Below are positions 41,198 to 54,769 of a DNA stretch of 64,000 bases, in pieces. Position 1 is the stretch's first letter, and each line of letters opens with the position of its first letter. The stretch lies in NCBI GenBank assembly GCA_964016885.1, contig OZ024746.1:73160001-73224000 (forward strand). Reading direction: 5' to 3'. The DNA comes from Eledone cirrhosa. Taxonomy: Eukaryota. A program made the position numbers and the translations under genes. Below the pieces are notes generated by a model that was not told where the DNA came from, made no database searches, and saw only the letters and a list, made by a program, of their open reading frames with translations.

Positions 41198-42364
41198 TTG
41201 GGACATGTGTGGGCAAAAAAACCCCACATCAGACGTGGGCAGAAGTATGGAACCGTGGACGTGTTCTTTGAAACACCACAGGAGGCCAGAGAACACTCCA
41301 TGGTCCCATTAAGAAGTGACGACTTCACACTCATCCCAAGCTATTGTGGCCAGAGACTTGTGAAGATCAGGGTGACCCACGTTCCACCGGCCATCGAAAT
41401 TCCCTGGCTAATGGCTGCCGTCCTCGCCGGCATCGAGGCCAACACCAAGATAATTGAAATAGCGAAAGAAAAGCAGAAGAACTGGTCCGGATCTGGGATG
41501 GAGCTTCTGATCCAAGCGGACCATAAAAGCATTGAGGAGATCCCAGAGGTAATAGACCTCACAGACGGCAGCCACCTCGCCATAATCGTCGAGGGAAGAA
41601 GACCTAGGTGTGTGGTTTGTGGTGAAGGAACCCACCTAAGAGCTTTCTGCCCTCAGGCTAAAAAGTTGAGGCCACCTCTCTTACCCACCCCAGTGACTCA
41701 ACCATCAACACCACCAGCAGCAGAAATGGCAGCAACAACAGAAGCAACTGTAACAGCAACAACCCCAGCAACAGTAGCAAAACCAACACCACCACCACCC
41801 TACGCGCCAGAACTAGCACCAGCGCCTACACCATCCACCACGCCACAACCAAAACCAACGCCTGTGGAGGAGTTTCCACTCCCCGGCATATCACAACTGG
41901 AGACAGATTGTGAAGACGAGGAGTGGGAAACGGTATCAGGAAAAAAGAAAAAAAGAAACCAAAAAAGAAAAAATGATCTTCCTTCCCCCTCCAAAAACAA
42001 AATACAGAGGGAAACAAATAAATTATCAAACAAAAAAGTTAGGACAGATATGCCACCATCCACACCAGCATCACCAACTCCATCACCACAAACACCAACA
42101 CCATCACCATCATTAACCCCAACACCACCATCACCAATACCACAAAAGTCACCAAAAAGCGTAACAGAAACAAACCCACAACAAACGCAAACAAAACAAA
42201 ACAACCAAAACGATACACACTACACATCATTAAATTTGAACAACAACCAATTATTACACTACATGCAACACAACACCAGCATCACAGAAAAAGACTACAT
42301 AACAAACCAAAAGTTCACACCACCTCCACACATACAAATCACTCGTATCACACAGAAAACGTAA
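41198..42364 (+). CDS. Tx1-like ORF1 main open segment (CCHC zinc knuckle); N-terminus in 40555-41271 via frameshift
   Basis: CVVCGEGTHLRAFC (CX2CX4HX4C), basic KKKKR patch, Pro/Thr-rich C-terminal region. Confidence 0.7.
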   Translation: MGHVWAKKPHIRRGQKYGTVDVFFETPQEAREHSMVPLRSDDFTLIPSYCGQRLVKIRVTHVPPAIEIPWLMAAVLAGIEANTKIIEIAKEKQKNWSGSGMELLIQADHKSIEEIPEVIDLTDGSHLAIIVEGRRPRCVVCGEGTHLRAFCPQAKKLRPPLLPTPVTQPSTPPAAEMAATTEATVTATTPATVAKPTPPPPYAPELAPAPTPSTTPQPKPTPVEEFPLPGISQLETDCEDEEWETVSGKKKKRNQKRKNDLPSPSKNKIQRETNKLSNKKVRTDMPPSTPASPTPSPQTPTPSPSLTPTPPSPIPQKSPKSVTETNPQQTQTKQNNQNDTHYTSLNLNNNQLLHYMQHNTSITEKDYITNQKFTPPPHIQITRITQKT

Positions 42365-42545
42365 ACGACACTAAAACAAAAATTCCCCAAAGACATCGGA
42401 GACTTCCGACAAACACTCTCCAGGAGGATTCATAAGGACATCCTACCGGAGGAGGCCACATGCAGTGAAAAGGATGGACAAACCATCCTTCCTCTACGAG
42501 AAGTAAGGTAAGTGGTCTTTCCCATCTTTTCCACTCCTTTTCAAC

Positions 42546-44402
42546 ATGACCTCACTCAGAATAGGCAGCATAAATGCGCGTGGCTTGGGATCGTCATGGA
42601 AGCAGGGCTACCTGCTCAACGACCTCAGGTCACTAAACATAGATGTAGTGGCCATCAGCGAGACCAGAATCTCCGAAGCACGGGCCTTCGCACCGATCTT
42701 CGGCGGCTAAGATGTGTACGCATCTCCCAGCCGTCCGGGATCGAGGGGAGGAGTTGCTGTGCTTTTTTGGAGAGGTTTGGATCTCGCCAGTCTTCCTGGA
42801 CCCAGAGGGTAAGTTGGTGGCGCTAGACGTGACCAGCGGAGACGGGCAAGCTTTCAGGCTAGTGGCCGTCTATGCCCCGACAGGAGCAGGGCGGCCTGTT
42901 TCTTCCGGCGCTCGGTCCGCCAAGGATGTCCCCTCTCGTCCCTCTTGTACGTATTGACTCTCGAGCCATTACTGCACAAACTGGAGACGTTGAGGGGGTC
43001 CCGCGCGAACTAGGATGCGGAAGATCCGTGTCAGCATATGCCGACGATGTCACCGTAGTGGTGTCGAACGCCAAACACATCGAGGCAATCGGTACTACAC
43101 TAAGAGAATACGAAGCGGTGACAGGAGCAATGATCAACCAGGAAAAGTCAGTGGGCCTGCAGCTCGGCACCTGTAGAGGCAGGTCCATGCCTTCCAACAG
43201 CGTCGTCGGGCGCTGGACGGACGGACCAGTCAAATTGCTCGGGGTCTGGTTCGGTCCGGATCTCCAGACGGACAAAAACTGGGACGAGGTGACGAGCAGG
43301 GTGGCTTCTCTCACCCAGAAATGGGCCGAGAGGAAGCTATCCCTGAAAGGTGGAGCGGAGGTGGCTAACGCGTACATCGCGTCTGTCATCTGATACCGCC
43401 TGACCGTCGTACTTTGTCCTAATCCCCGCCTGACTGCTCTGGAGCGTTTGCTCTTTCGCTTTTTGTGGAAGGGACGCGCTCCGATGGTTAGGCGGTCCAT
43501 CTGTTGTCAACACCCGCTACGTGGAGGGCTGGACATGCCGTGGCTGATGATGCGCAGGCACGCGCTCAGGCTACGACATCTCCACCTCTTCCTCGACGGT
43601 GATCAGGTGTGGTCGCCGTTTGCTAGACGCGTGTTTCCCCAGCTCGTTTCCTTGACGGAGCTGCAGTCCTGGGTCAAGCGAAGACCGAGAGGGAGCGCCT
43701 GGTGACTGGAATGTCTTCAGGCGCTCACAGCCCTCGACCAATCGGGCAATGTGATCGGTGGAAACTCCACCTCGGCGTTCTATAGAGGATTAGTGGAGGG
43801 GAAGAGCGACGACGTACTTGGGGAAACTCTAGGCGTCGACGAAAATCAACTAGCCAATCTCTTCGGAAGAACTTTCGGGCCAGGGCCTATGGACAACTTC
43901 CAGAAATCTCTGGCCTGGCAGTGCTACCGAGGAGCCTTGCCAGTTCGGGATAAACTCTACAGGCATGGAGGTGCCGTCAGCCGGGCATGTCCGAGATGCG
44001 CGCAGGGCGACGAAACCGTCCTGCACGCACTCGTCCAGTGTCCGAAAATTGCTGACTTGTGGGTTTATGTCGAACACCTGCTGTCGCGTTTAGGACGGAT
44101 CCGGCTATCATCTGAGTCCATCGTGAGGATTGCCCCGCCCTCCTCCTTTAGCCGGGAAGGGCAGGCAGTTTTTATCTGCCTGGTGGCCATGGCGAAAGAG
44201 ATAGTATGGTGGACACGTTTGAAAGGGCTGAAGACGAGCACTTACCTCTTCGGTGATGCTTGATTGACTTTTTCAAATTTCATTTGAAAAGGAAAATCAG
44301 AGTAGAGAGGGAAGTGCTCTCTTCCCAGCATTTTGTTGAAAGATGGGTGAGAGAAGCAAGAATTGCCCGAGTGAATGGGCCTACTCTGAGCATATATCTG
44401 TA
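42546..44402 (+). pseudogene. Tx1-like ORF2 (APE N-terminus, RT domains with YADD, C-terminal CCHC), disrupted
   Basis: MTSLRIGSINARGL; SAYADDVTV; GAMINQEKS; VKLLGVWF; CPRCAQGDETVLHALVQC. Confidence 0.9.
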
Positions 44403-44665
44403 AATTAAAGGTGGAAAACTGGGAGAGGGCACTTGCCTTGGTGGTCAGGGTCATTGTGGCTTTTTACTGGGCTTTCTCCACAAATGTCCCTCCGAAGTCT
44501 CCCCCCTATTGGGGAATTTTTCATTGTTATTTTTGTTACATCCTCTGTTTTTGTTTTTTACACGCAGAAATGCCCATTTGTACCGTCATGCATTGTCCTG
44601 CACTGTCCTTAATGTCTACTTTATGTAAACCCTTGTGGTTAATAAAGAAATCATTATTATTATTA

Positions 44666-44696
<31 letters not shown>

Positions 44697-44699
<3 letters not shown>

Positions 44700-45207
44700 A
44701 ACAACAACAGAAGGCTGGACTGGAAATTTACTATAGAATTTTAATCCCGCGAAAGCACTATTCATATTTCGATGGCCCAGCCTTAGCATCCGATCATGAT
44801 GCAAGACTTAGGCGATTTCATCAGATGTTATTTTCAGAATTAGTTCCATAAGAAAACAGGATTACGACGAACACAAAGAGACAATAGAGAATAGAAAATA
44901 GACGACCGATTCGATTCGGGGATGGTCTGCAAATTCAGTGGCTGGGGTTCGTATGCCTCCGCTTTAACACTGAATTGGCAGACCATCCCCGAATCGGTCC
45001 TCTATTTTCTATGTTCTATTCTTTGTTTTTTGTTTCTGTTCAACGTAATCCAGTTGACTTGTGGCACTAATTCTGCAATTAACAGCCGATGAAAGTCTTG
45101 CATCATGATCGGATGATAATGCTGGGCCATCGAAATATGTATAGTACTTTCATGGAATTAAAACTCTAATGTTAATTTCATATCCGGCCTTCTGCAGTTG
45201 TCTTTAA
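44697..45207. mobile_element. Diverged 510-bp fold-back with degenerate HHR-like motifs
   Basis: 44697-44940 is inverted at 44968-45207 with many substitutions. Minus strand has CAT CTGATGA..GAAATATGAATA GTG at 44756-44827. Confidence 0.65.
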
Positions 45208-45347
45208 TGAATACTTAACTCCGTTCCTGCATCAGCCACGGTATAACAAATCTACGATGGATGATTGGCATAACGTTGCTTGCTTTAATGAATCTATTGC
45301 AGCATTGTTTACCACTCGGAACCACCAGGCATAGAACCTGAGACCCC

Positions 45348-45383
<36 letters not shown>

Positions 45384-45723
45384 GTATATAAAAGGTAAAC
45401 AGAAAACCTGTAATCCATACACATCTGCAGTCTTCATTCTATTTCGACTTTATATTTTACCGTTATTAAAAACGTTCTCATTTATCTATTTTATATATTG
45501 GACTGAATATAGATGAACTCATTTTAATAAATCAGAACAAAACATAACCGAGTGCCAATATTTAAAAAAAAATCAATGAATCATAATGAAATATCCCCTT
45601 GTAACAAACTTGAGAGTACATTAAAAAGTTTGATAAATCTGTAATTTATACTAAAGGGAGTCAATGTACACACACACACACACGCACACACATGCACACA
45701 CACACATACAAACACACACACAT

Positions 45724-47415
45724 ACGGTCGAACAACGAACTATCTTCATCTTACAGACCCACACTCCCCCCGGCCTGAACTCCCCACCCTTATTCCTTTA
45801 GCCTTCGACCTCCCCCCTCCCCCCACACTTACCCCCCACTAACACCACTAACACACCCCTCCTTTTCACCTCCCACCTCACAACTAACAATACTAACACC
45901 TCCACTCCACCCCTCATCTGACCACCCTTCCCCAACTAACATACTAACATCCCTCCCTTCTTCTCCTCCTTATCACACGCACACACCCACCGGCACATAT
46001 ATACACGCGCTCACACTAAACACACACCCTAATACCACCACTAACCCTCACCCACACACCTCTCACCCCCACACCTCCATCCCACCACCCCGCAACTAAC
46101 CTCACTAACACCCCCTAACCCCAAGCACACGAACACACGCACCCACTTACACCACCCACCCAAACGCAACTAACATCACTCACCCCCCAACCCCACGCAC
46201 ACGTACCCACACACCCTCGTACACCACCAACTCTACACACCCCACCACCACTAACCCCCACTCACACCTGCATTCAACCCCTCCCCACCTCCCGTATACT
46301 AACACCCACTAACACCCCTTCATCAAACTACACACACACCAGTACACCACACTCCCTCCATAGAACCACACACACCCTTCTCTCCCCGCTCCACCCACAC
46401 CCTCGCTCCACACTCACTCATCCCACTAACACCTCTACTAATACACACACACACACCCTCCTCACTCCAACTTTCACACCTACCCATCCTCACCCCTTTA
46501 CCATTCCACCGACTGCTGCTATGCCCTCTGACCACCTCCCAGCACAAACAGACACACAGCACTCCCACTGCTTGACCACTTCCTGTTGCGCGCGCACCCC
46601 ACATCTCTCCTCTTCCGACCGTCGCTTCATGGAATACCCGCACGCAGAAATTGACCAACACAAAATCCGCTATACACCTTTGGAATTTACCTACTTTTCA
46701 ACTATCCTCTTACGTAATCACCTATATAACTCACCCACACATACACCCCAAAAAAATGTTTTCTTCGCACGCCACCTACACCCACAACACGCTTAAACCC
46801 CACACACACGTGCTTTCCACCACATATTTACACCCCCAGCCTCCTGATTCCTCTCCCCCCACCCTCTATCCACACACGCACATACACTCCGACCCCCCCC
46901 CCACACACACACCTCTTCCTGAACATGCAACCCCGTTCTTCCCCCAACCCTTACTTTCACATACACACACACACACACACACACGTACGCCTACACACAC
47001 ACACCACCTTCAGCCCTCCCCGCACGGACACCCCGTCTCCCTCTCCCCACTCCACCCACCACCACCCCTACACACCCCACACCCTTCCACCACCTGTTTT
47101 ACCCCCCTTTTAATTTCAGTTTATTTTGATCATGCTTTTCTATTTAAATTTATTTCATTCCTTGTATTTTGATCATGCTTTATTTTTATTTTTATCTTTA
47201 TATTTTTATTTTTTCATTCGCACCGTTTCCTTTCGCTATATGTCTCTCCACCACTCCCCTACACACCCTTTGAACTCTGTTCCCACACACTTCTCACCTG
47301 AGGAAGGACTTATGCCCGAAACGTCGTCCCCCACCAACACCCCACTCTCCAGAGCGTGAAATTAATAAACATTCGTTGTACTGCCTCTCTGTTTTGTCCC
47401 TGTTCAAATTTTTCC

Positions 47416-47418
<3 letters not shown>
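45724..47418 (+). mobile_element. 5'-truncated Neptune-like Penelope element (family C): ORF end, C/A-rich 3' region, pLTR with HHR
   Basis: 45724-45801 translates TVEQRTIFILQTHTPPGLNSPPLFL*, the E..WIF.L.T..P.GLN type GIY-YIG terminus. HHR at 47296-47327. Flanked by (CA)n and (TA)n. Confidence 0.75.
47296..47327 (+). ncRNA. Minimal hammerhead ribozyme, family C
   Basis: AC CTGAGGA A GGAC TTAT GCCC GAAAC GTC GT. Confidence 0.7.
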
Positions 47419-47458
<40 letters not shown>

Positions 47459-47519
47459 GCTATTTTTATACTTTTTTCGTAAATGTATAATTTCTGTTAA
47501 AAGTAATCAATATATATAC

Positions 47520-47623
<104 letters not shown>

Positions 47624-48283
47624 GGGATGTTCGCTCCAACGTAGCTGTATACACACACACACGCACACACACATGCACACACACACATATATATATATAT
47701 ATGTGTGTGTGTGTGTATGTGTGTGCGTGTGTGTGTGTGCGTCTTTGTATGTGCGTGGATTGATAAATAGATAAATAGATAAATAGATTGATATACGTGT
47801 ATGTATATATACATATTTGGGTGTGTAAATGTGTATGTATATGTACATTTTATGCACATACGTGCATAAATCCATATATCTGTGTATATATGTGTGTGTA
47901 CAACGTGCTTACACACACTTTCTGTTTATCACATTTGTGTGACAACGAGTCATCCCGAAGGTGTGATAAAATAAACTTGCACAGAAGGATTGAATCTGAA
48001 ACTACAAATCGGACTTCTTAACCACACAGCCTTGGTTATCTTTCCATTATTTTATTCATCCTTACGGGGTCGATAAAATAAAGTACCAGTAATGCATTGG
48101 GTAATTGCTGGCCTTGTGCTTAAAGTAGAAACAATTATTTTATTCAAGAGACGCTATTCATAAATCAGAGATGTAAAAAATTCAAATCTGATTTGATTTC
48201 ACATGAAAATCTGCCACTGTGAAAAATTAAATACTTGCTTGTTTCATTGAAATATTCTCATCCCTAAGGAAACATTTCCATCA

Positions 48284-50174
48284 TCTATATATATAAAACA
48301 GAGGATGCCTGTCTGTGTGTCTGTTTCCCTAAAACTCGAGAAGTACACAACCGTTTTTCATTCAAATTTTGCACATGTAACCTGTATGGCCCTGGAAGTG
48401 TTTTGAGCAAAGAAAATTTCAAATTATTCTTACCTAGGGATCGAATTAGTGAAGTGGCCAATGTCTGTACATAATGAGGGAGTGAGAGGGGAGAGAAAGA
48501 AACGGAGAGGCGAAGTGAAGAAGTAGCTCTCTACTCCTCCTCCTCCTTCTCCCCATTCGTCACAGCGTTTTTCGATAGAGGGGAGAAATGTGAACGAGTT
48601 ACAGAGAGAAAGAGTGAGAGTGAAAGAAACAGACAGACTAAAAGAGGGAGATAGCGGGAGGGAGAGAGAGAGTGACAGACGCCGTCTTTTGAGAGTTGTA
48701 TGCGTCAAATATACATGACAGTGGAATAACAATTATCTTAATGAATAAATATGGTCAATAATATCAAGGCAGAGTAACACCAGAATTTAAATCTATGAAA
48801 ATTAATTCAAGAATAAAATACAGTGAATATTAACTATTGCCGTAAGTTGACAATTCTGTAAATATTCCCATCTTAGACCTATTCAACGAAGTATAATATA
48901 ATTATTACTGCATTACTTAAATAACAAGAGCATTGATTAAGATTTCTTAGAATGAACACAAAGTGATAGTATATTTTACAAGTCAGACCTTTAGTTTGGA
49001 ATGATGTGTGTGTACGTGCGCGCGCGTGTGTGTGAGTTTGTGTGCGTTTGCATGCGTGAGTGTGTATGTGTGCGTGAGTGATTATAAACTCTCTCACATG
49101 GTCTGATGGAATTAACCCTTTAGCATTTACATTACTCTATATATACTATATTATTTTCATGGTAAAGGCTTTATCTCACATAATATAAAAATCTCATAGA
49201 TTTAATATTATTTATTTTGAGAACAATACCTTATCCCTTTAGTATTAATGTGAGTGGGTTATAAAGAGAAAGAGTGGGAGTGAAAGAAACAGGCAGACTA
49301 AAAGAAGGGGATAGCGGGAGAGAGAGAGAGAGAGAGAGAGACGCTGGAAGAGGGGAAGGAAAGCTATATGTCTTGCTGTCTGCATTACGATATATATATA
49401 TATATACACACACTGATCGCATCATAATGACGTAATGCAGACACCAGACATACAGACAGATATTATAAGGGCGCAACGTTATATCTATGTATCTATCTAA
49501 AAAGAAAGACTAAGAATTATAGAGAGAGATCGCTAAATCGCCTAATGCGGTCGCTAGGGCATTGAAAATTTGAAATATGTTTTGCTCAAAACACTCACAG
49601 GACCATAAGTATTATATGTGTAAAGTTTAAAACAATCGGTTGGGTGGTTCTTGAGTTTTAGTGAGCTGACAGACAGACAGACATTCTCTGTTTTAGATAT
49701 ATAGACTAGCAGAAAACCACCCGGTGGGCGGTTTTCTGCTAGCAAATCTAGTGTATATACTGATATTGTTGAGATTTCTCTCGGTGTGTCTTTTATGCAT
49801 GTATAAATATATATGTTATCTATACGGTGAAATCTTTGAAATAAATATATGTTAAAACGAAAAAGGAGACAAAGAGATTAGTGACGGAAATATAAACGTT
49901 ATGATACATAAACGTTATGATATAACGATGGAAATATATCTTCAAATGTTCCTTGGCATGGTTTCAAGTCAGAACCGCCTCGAACAGATTACTTCTGGCT
50001 TGTGCAAGGTGTCTCTATAGCAACCAGCGATTCCCTCGGCCTCAGTGACCAAAGTCAGTAGAGAGGGGAAGGTAATGTTTCTATAGCGACAGTGTTTCTC
50101 TTGGTAGTACCAAAGTGGAGAAAGGAAGGGGAAGGTAATATTTCTGTAGCACCTACATTTGAGTTTTAGGAAAG

Positions 50175-50208
<34 letters not shown>

Positions 50209-50226
50209 GAAATGCCCATATATTTC

Positions 50227-50277
<51 letters not shown>

Positions 50278-50303
50278 CACACACAGAAATGTATATATAT
50301 TTC

Positions 50304-50334
<31 letters not shown>

Positions 50335-51212
50335 TACACACACAGAAATGTATATATATTTCTGTGTGTATATATATATATATTTCTGTGTGTGTATATA
50401 TATATATTACACACACAGAAATGTATATACATTTCTGTGTGTGTATATATATATATATTACACACACAGAAATGTATATATATTTGTGTGTGTATATATA
50501 TATATTTCTGTGTGTGTATATATATATATTACACACACAGAAATGTATATATATTTCTTAGAACAAAATTATTATTAATGTTTTGCTGTTCATAACAATT
50601 GGAATTGAAAAATTACTTTTGAAATTATTAGTTATTTTACTAATGCTTAGATATGCAAAAATGAAGCAATGTTTCTAATAATTGTTTCTACTTTTGGCAC
50701 AAGGCCAGCAATTACCCAGTACATTACTGGTACTTTATTTTATCGACCCGTGAGGATGAAAGGCAAAATTAACCTCGGCGGTATTTGAACTCAGACCGTA
50801 AAGGGACGTAACTCCATGCTATGAAGCATGGTGTCCGACTCTCTACAGATTCTGCCAATCCACCGCCCTAATGTCTGTACGTAATGAGGGAGTGAGAGGG
50901 GAGAGAAAGAAAGGCAGAGGTGAAGTGACGAAGTGACTCTCTCCTCCTCCTCCTCCTCCTCCATCTCCCCATTCGTCACAGCGATAGAGGGGAGGAATGT
51001 TAGTGTGTTACAAAGAGAAAGAGTGAGAGTGAGAGAAACAGACAGACTAAAAGAGAGGGATAGCTGGAGAGAGAGAGAGAGAGAGATAGCAACAGATACA
51101 GTACAGTAGCTAAGGGATGTATATATATTTCTCTGTGTATATATATATACATTTCTCTGTGTGTAATATATATATATATACACACAGAAATATATATACA
51201 TTTCTGTGTGTG

Positions 51213-51259
<47 letters not shown>

Positions 51260-51279
51260 TATATACATTTCTGTGTGTG

Positions 51280-51317
<38 letters not shown>

Positions 51318-51343
51318 CACACACAGAAATGTATATATATTTC

Positions 51344-51382
<39 letters not shown>

Positions 51383-51745
51383 CACACACACAGAAATTAT
51401 ATATGTTTCTGTAGCACTCCTCAATTCCCCCCTCTCTCCCGCCCGCTATCCTCCTCTTGTAGTCTGTCTCTTTCTTTCACTCTCACTCTCTCTCTACGCG
51501 TCGCGTGCGCAAAAAACATTCGCACGCGCGCACGTGTTTCCACTGTCGGACAGACAGACAGACAAATTGCTGGTTATATATTATAAGGAGATATATAATT
51601 ATATATTCGTGTAGATATTTATGCATACACAATAACAAAATATAAATAAACGTATTTATTTCACGAGGCTCAATAAGGATAAATATATATCAAATATATA
51701 AGAACCCTAGAGCAAATCCCGAGTAACGCCGGGCCATTCTGCTGG
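48284..51745. mobile_element. Nest of non-autonomous Helitron-like pieces in both orientations, with SINE and MITE inserts
   Basis: 5' ends TCTATATAT.TAAAACAGAG at 48284 (+) and 49705 (-). 3' hairpin plus CTRR at 51718-51745. S1 SINE at 50678-50866 (-). Self-complementary TTTCTGTGTGTG(TA)nTTACACACACAGAAA repeats at 50222-50556 and 51128-51397. Confidence 0.65.
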
Positions 51746-52054
51746 TCTATATATATATATATAAAACTAAGGATGTCTGTCTGTGTGTGTGTGAGTTTGA
51801 ATCCCTAAAACTCAAGAACCACCCAACCGACTGTTTTCAAACTTTTCACATGTAATACTTATGTTACAGGGAGTGTTCGGAGTAAAAGCAATTTCAAATG
51901 TTCAAAGCCCTAGGGACCACAATAGGCGATTTACCGATCTCTCTCTATAATTCTTAGTCTTTCTCTTTTTAGATAGATACATACATATAACATCACGCCC
52001 TTATACTATCTGTCTGTATGTCTGACTGTCTGCATTACGTCACTTCCCTGAGGA

Positions 52055-52133
<79 letters not shown>

Positions 52134-52719
52134 GTGTGTGTGTCTGTGAGGATGAATCCCTAAAACTCGAGAAGTACCTAACCGACCTTTTTCAAACTTC
52201 ACATGTGCTTCACTTATGTTTCAGGGAGTGTTATGCACATAAAAAAAAATCAACTTTTTCATCCCTTAGGGCCCGCATTAGTTGAAAAACTGCGTTTTTT
52301 CAGGTTTTTAGGGGTTTTTTGAGTCGTTACGTCAGACTGATTTCCTTGAAATTGTAACTATGTATTAGCCAGTCCCTTCTTCATACAGTGAGCAAAGAAA
52401 ATCCAACCTTTTTATGGCCTAGGGCCTAAATTAGGTGAAAAACTTGATTTTTTCAGCTTTTTAGCCGATTTTCTCGAAATTTCAAGGCATATTATGCACA
52501 TAAAAAAATTCATTTTCTTGATCCCTAGGGCCTGCATTAGGTGAAACCTGCATTTTTCCAGCTTCATCGAGGAAAATCTTAAAGATTATCCAGCCATCAG
52601 AGTATTCGGTTTATTTTCTTTACATATTGTCCACGCATGCAGTTTTTCCACGATTAGGTCTGTTGGCAGCCCGCGTTCCAAAATACCTTATCCCGTGCAA
52701 CGCCGGGTACCACTGCTAG
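51746..52719 (+). mobile_element. Non-autonomous Helitron, both ends present
   Basis: 5' TC; 3' CCCGTGCAACGCCGGG hairpin followed by CTAG|T. Confidence 0.8.
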
Positions 52720-52989
52720 TATTTGATAACATTCTAAGTTATGACATTAGCAGCAAATTTTTCTTGTCTTGTAAAAATAACGGTTTCCGATTTAGGTAGA
52801 AGGCCAACAATGTTTTTGGAGGGGAGGGGAAAGTCGATTAAATCGACTCGACCCCAGTGCGTTAATGGCACTTTAATTTATCGACCCCGTAAAGTTGAAA
52901 GGCATAGATAACCTCGCTGGGGTTTGAAATCAGAACTTAAAAGGCCGTAACTCTTGCTTTGTAGACCTCGAAAAGGCATATCATCGCGT

Positions 52990-54343
52990 TCCTAGGGTTC
53001 TGCTGTGGAAAGTTGGGCAGGAGTACGGGTTCGATGGTCAGCTTCTTGTTGGCCTGACGTCTATACGAATGCTGGAGTATTTGTGTTCGGATAAATGGTG
53101 CTAGATCGAAACTATTCAATGTGGGAGTTGGATACCGTCAAGGGTGCGTACTGTCATCTCCATCTCTCCAATTCATTATTTTCATGAAAAAGAGGTAGAG
53201 GTTTGGACGCCATGCTCTCTAGCATAGTTATGTCCCTTTACAGTCTGAGTTCAAATCCCGCCGAGGTTAACTTTGCCTTTCATCCTTACGGGGTCGATAA
53301 AATAAAGTACCAGTAATGTACAGGGTAATTGCTGGCCTTGTGCCTAAAGTAGAAACAATTATTTTCATGAACAAGATTGACATGCGCAGCCGTGTTGAAA
53401 GTGGTATCACGACTGGCAGATGCAAATTCAGTCGGCTGGAATTTGCAGACTATATGGTATTACTTAACTCGACAGAAGGTGATTTCCGACTTTCACTTAA
53501 TAGGTTTCATGTCGAGTGCTGCATGGCTGCCCTTGTGCTTGCACTTAATAGGTTTCATGTTGAGTGCTGCATTGCTGCCCTATACGGATGCCCGAATATT
53601 TGCGTTCGGATAAATCGTGCTAAATCGAAAGCATTCAGTGCTGCATGGCTGGAATGAAAACCAATGCTTCGAAAACTGAGACACTCGTCCTCTCAAAGAA
53701 GCCTGCGTAATGCACTCTACATATGAAAGGAGTTCCACTGAAGCAGGTGAAGAAGTTCAAGTAACCCGGGCCGTGTTCCCGAGTGATAGAATACAGGAGG
53801 CTGAATTAAGTGCAATAATTGCAGGAGCTGGTGCAGCACTATCTTTAATTTGGCTTTTTTCCTGCCAACCCTTACCCATGGTCATGAATTTTGGGTAATG
53901 ATCGAAAGAATACAATCGCGAATACAAGCGGCCGAAATGTGGTTCCTTCTAAGGGTCTTTGGAATAACGTTACTCAATGGAGTGTGTAGAATCACTCCAG
54001 GCAGAGCCGCTACTTCTCCGAATTGAGAGATCACAGCTCGATACGATGGAAATATGATTAGAATGTCTCAGGAAAGAATCGCTGGACATATTTTACTGGC
54101 AAACTAACCATAGGAGATCCAGGCCTTGACCCGGAGCAATTTATTTGGATAACACCCATGATCTTGGCTGATCTCGCTTGGGGATCTAATCGGATCAGAT
54201 AGAGGCGTTTGCTTCGGACAGGATCCGCAGGAAAGTATATTTGAGAATTCAGCTCCCACGACCGTCTCAGGAATAAATGGGAGAAGAAGAAGAAGAAGAA
54301 GAAGAAGAAGAAGAAGAAGAAGAAGAAGAAGAAGAAGAAGAAG
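52990..54343 (+). mobile_element. Degraded RTE-clade (Expander/Rex3-like) LINE with (GAA)n tail
   Basis: RINGARSKLFNVGVGYRQGCVLS, FIIFMNKID..RLEFADYMVLL and RIQAAEMWFL. (GAA)n at 54282-54343. Confidence 0.8.
53189..53357 (+). mobile_element. S1 SINE inserted in the RTE, with 14-bp target-site duplication
   Basis: ATTATTTTCATGAA at 53175-53188 and 53358-53371. Confidence 0.85.
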
Positions 54344-54651
54344 ACCGAGTGAATGTAGTAAATTGTGTGAATGGTTTCAAATATATAAGGATCAAGTATA
54401 TAAGGATCAATTTTAAAGAGGCGTATCTATGTGTATTGTAAATGTAATCTTTTTTCATCAGATATGTCGGTCAATAAACAGCATTTATGTACTCAATGAA
54501 CGAGGGAAAAATTGATGATGTTCTTTCTTTCAGATGAGACAAAATATGGATTGCTATTCAGCTTAAAGATTATTCAATAAATGCGAATATCTTTCTTCAC
54601 CCTTTCCTTCTCCTCTCATTCTTTTTCTCACTCACTATTCCCCAGGCTATG

Positions 54652-54704
<53 letters not shown>

Positions 54705-54713
54705 TTCTCTCTC

Positions 54714-54769
<56 letters not shown>

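Larger units (their letters stand above)
40340..44697 (+). mobile_element. Tx1/L1-clade LINE copy 2, with apparent 5' and 3' ends, between (ATT)n tracts
   Basis: Starts right after (ATT)n 40286-40339. ORF1 runs from 40555 to about 42510 and ORF2 starts at 42546. YADD at about 43037. The 3' UTR ends AATAAAGAAATC-(ATT)n. Internal deletion near 42910. Confidence 0.93.

Noticed and set aside
40340-44697. Intact active LINE or domesticated gene
   Set aside because: In-frame stops, frameshifts and a large ORF2 deletion.
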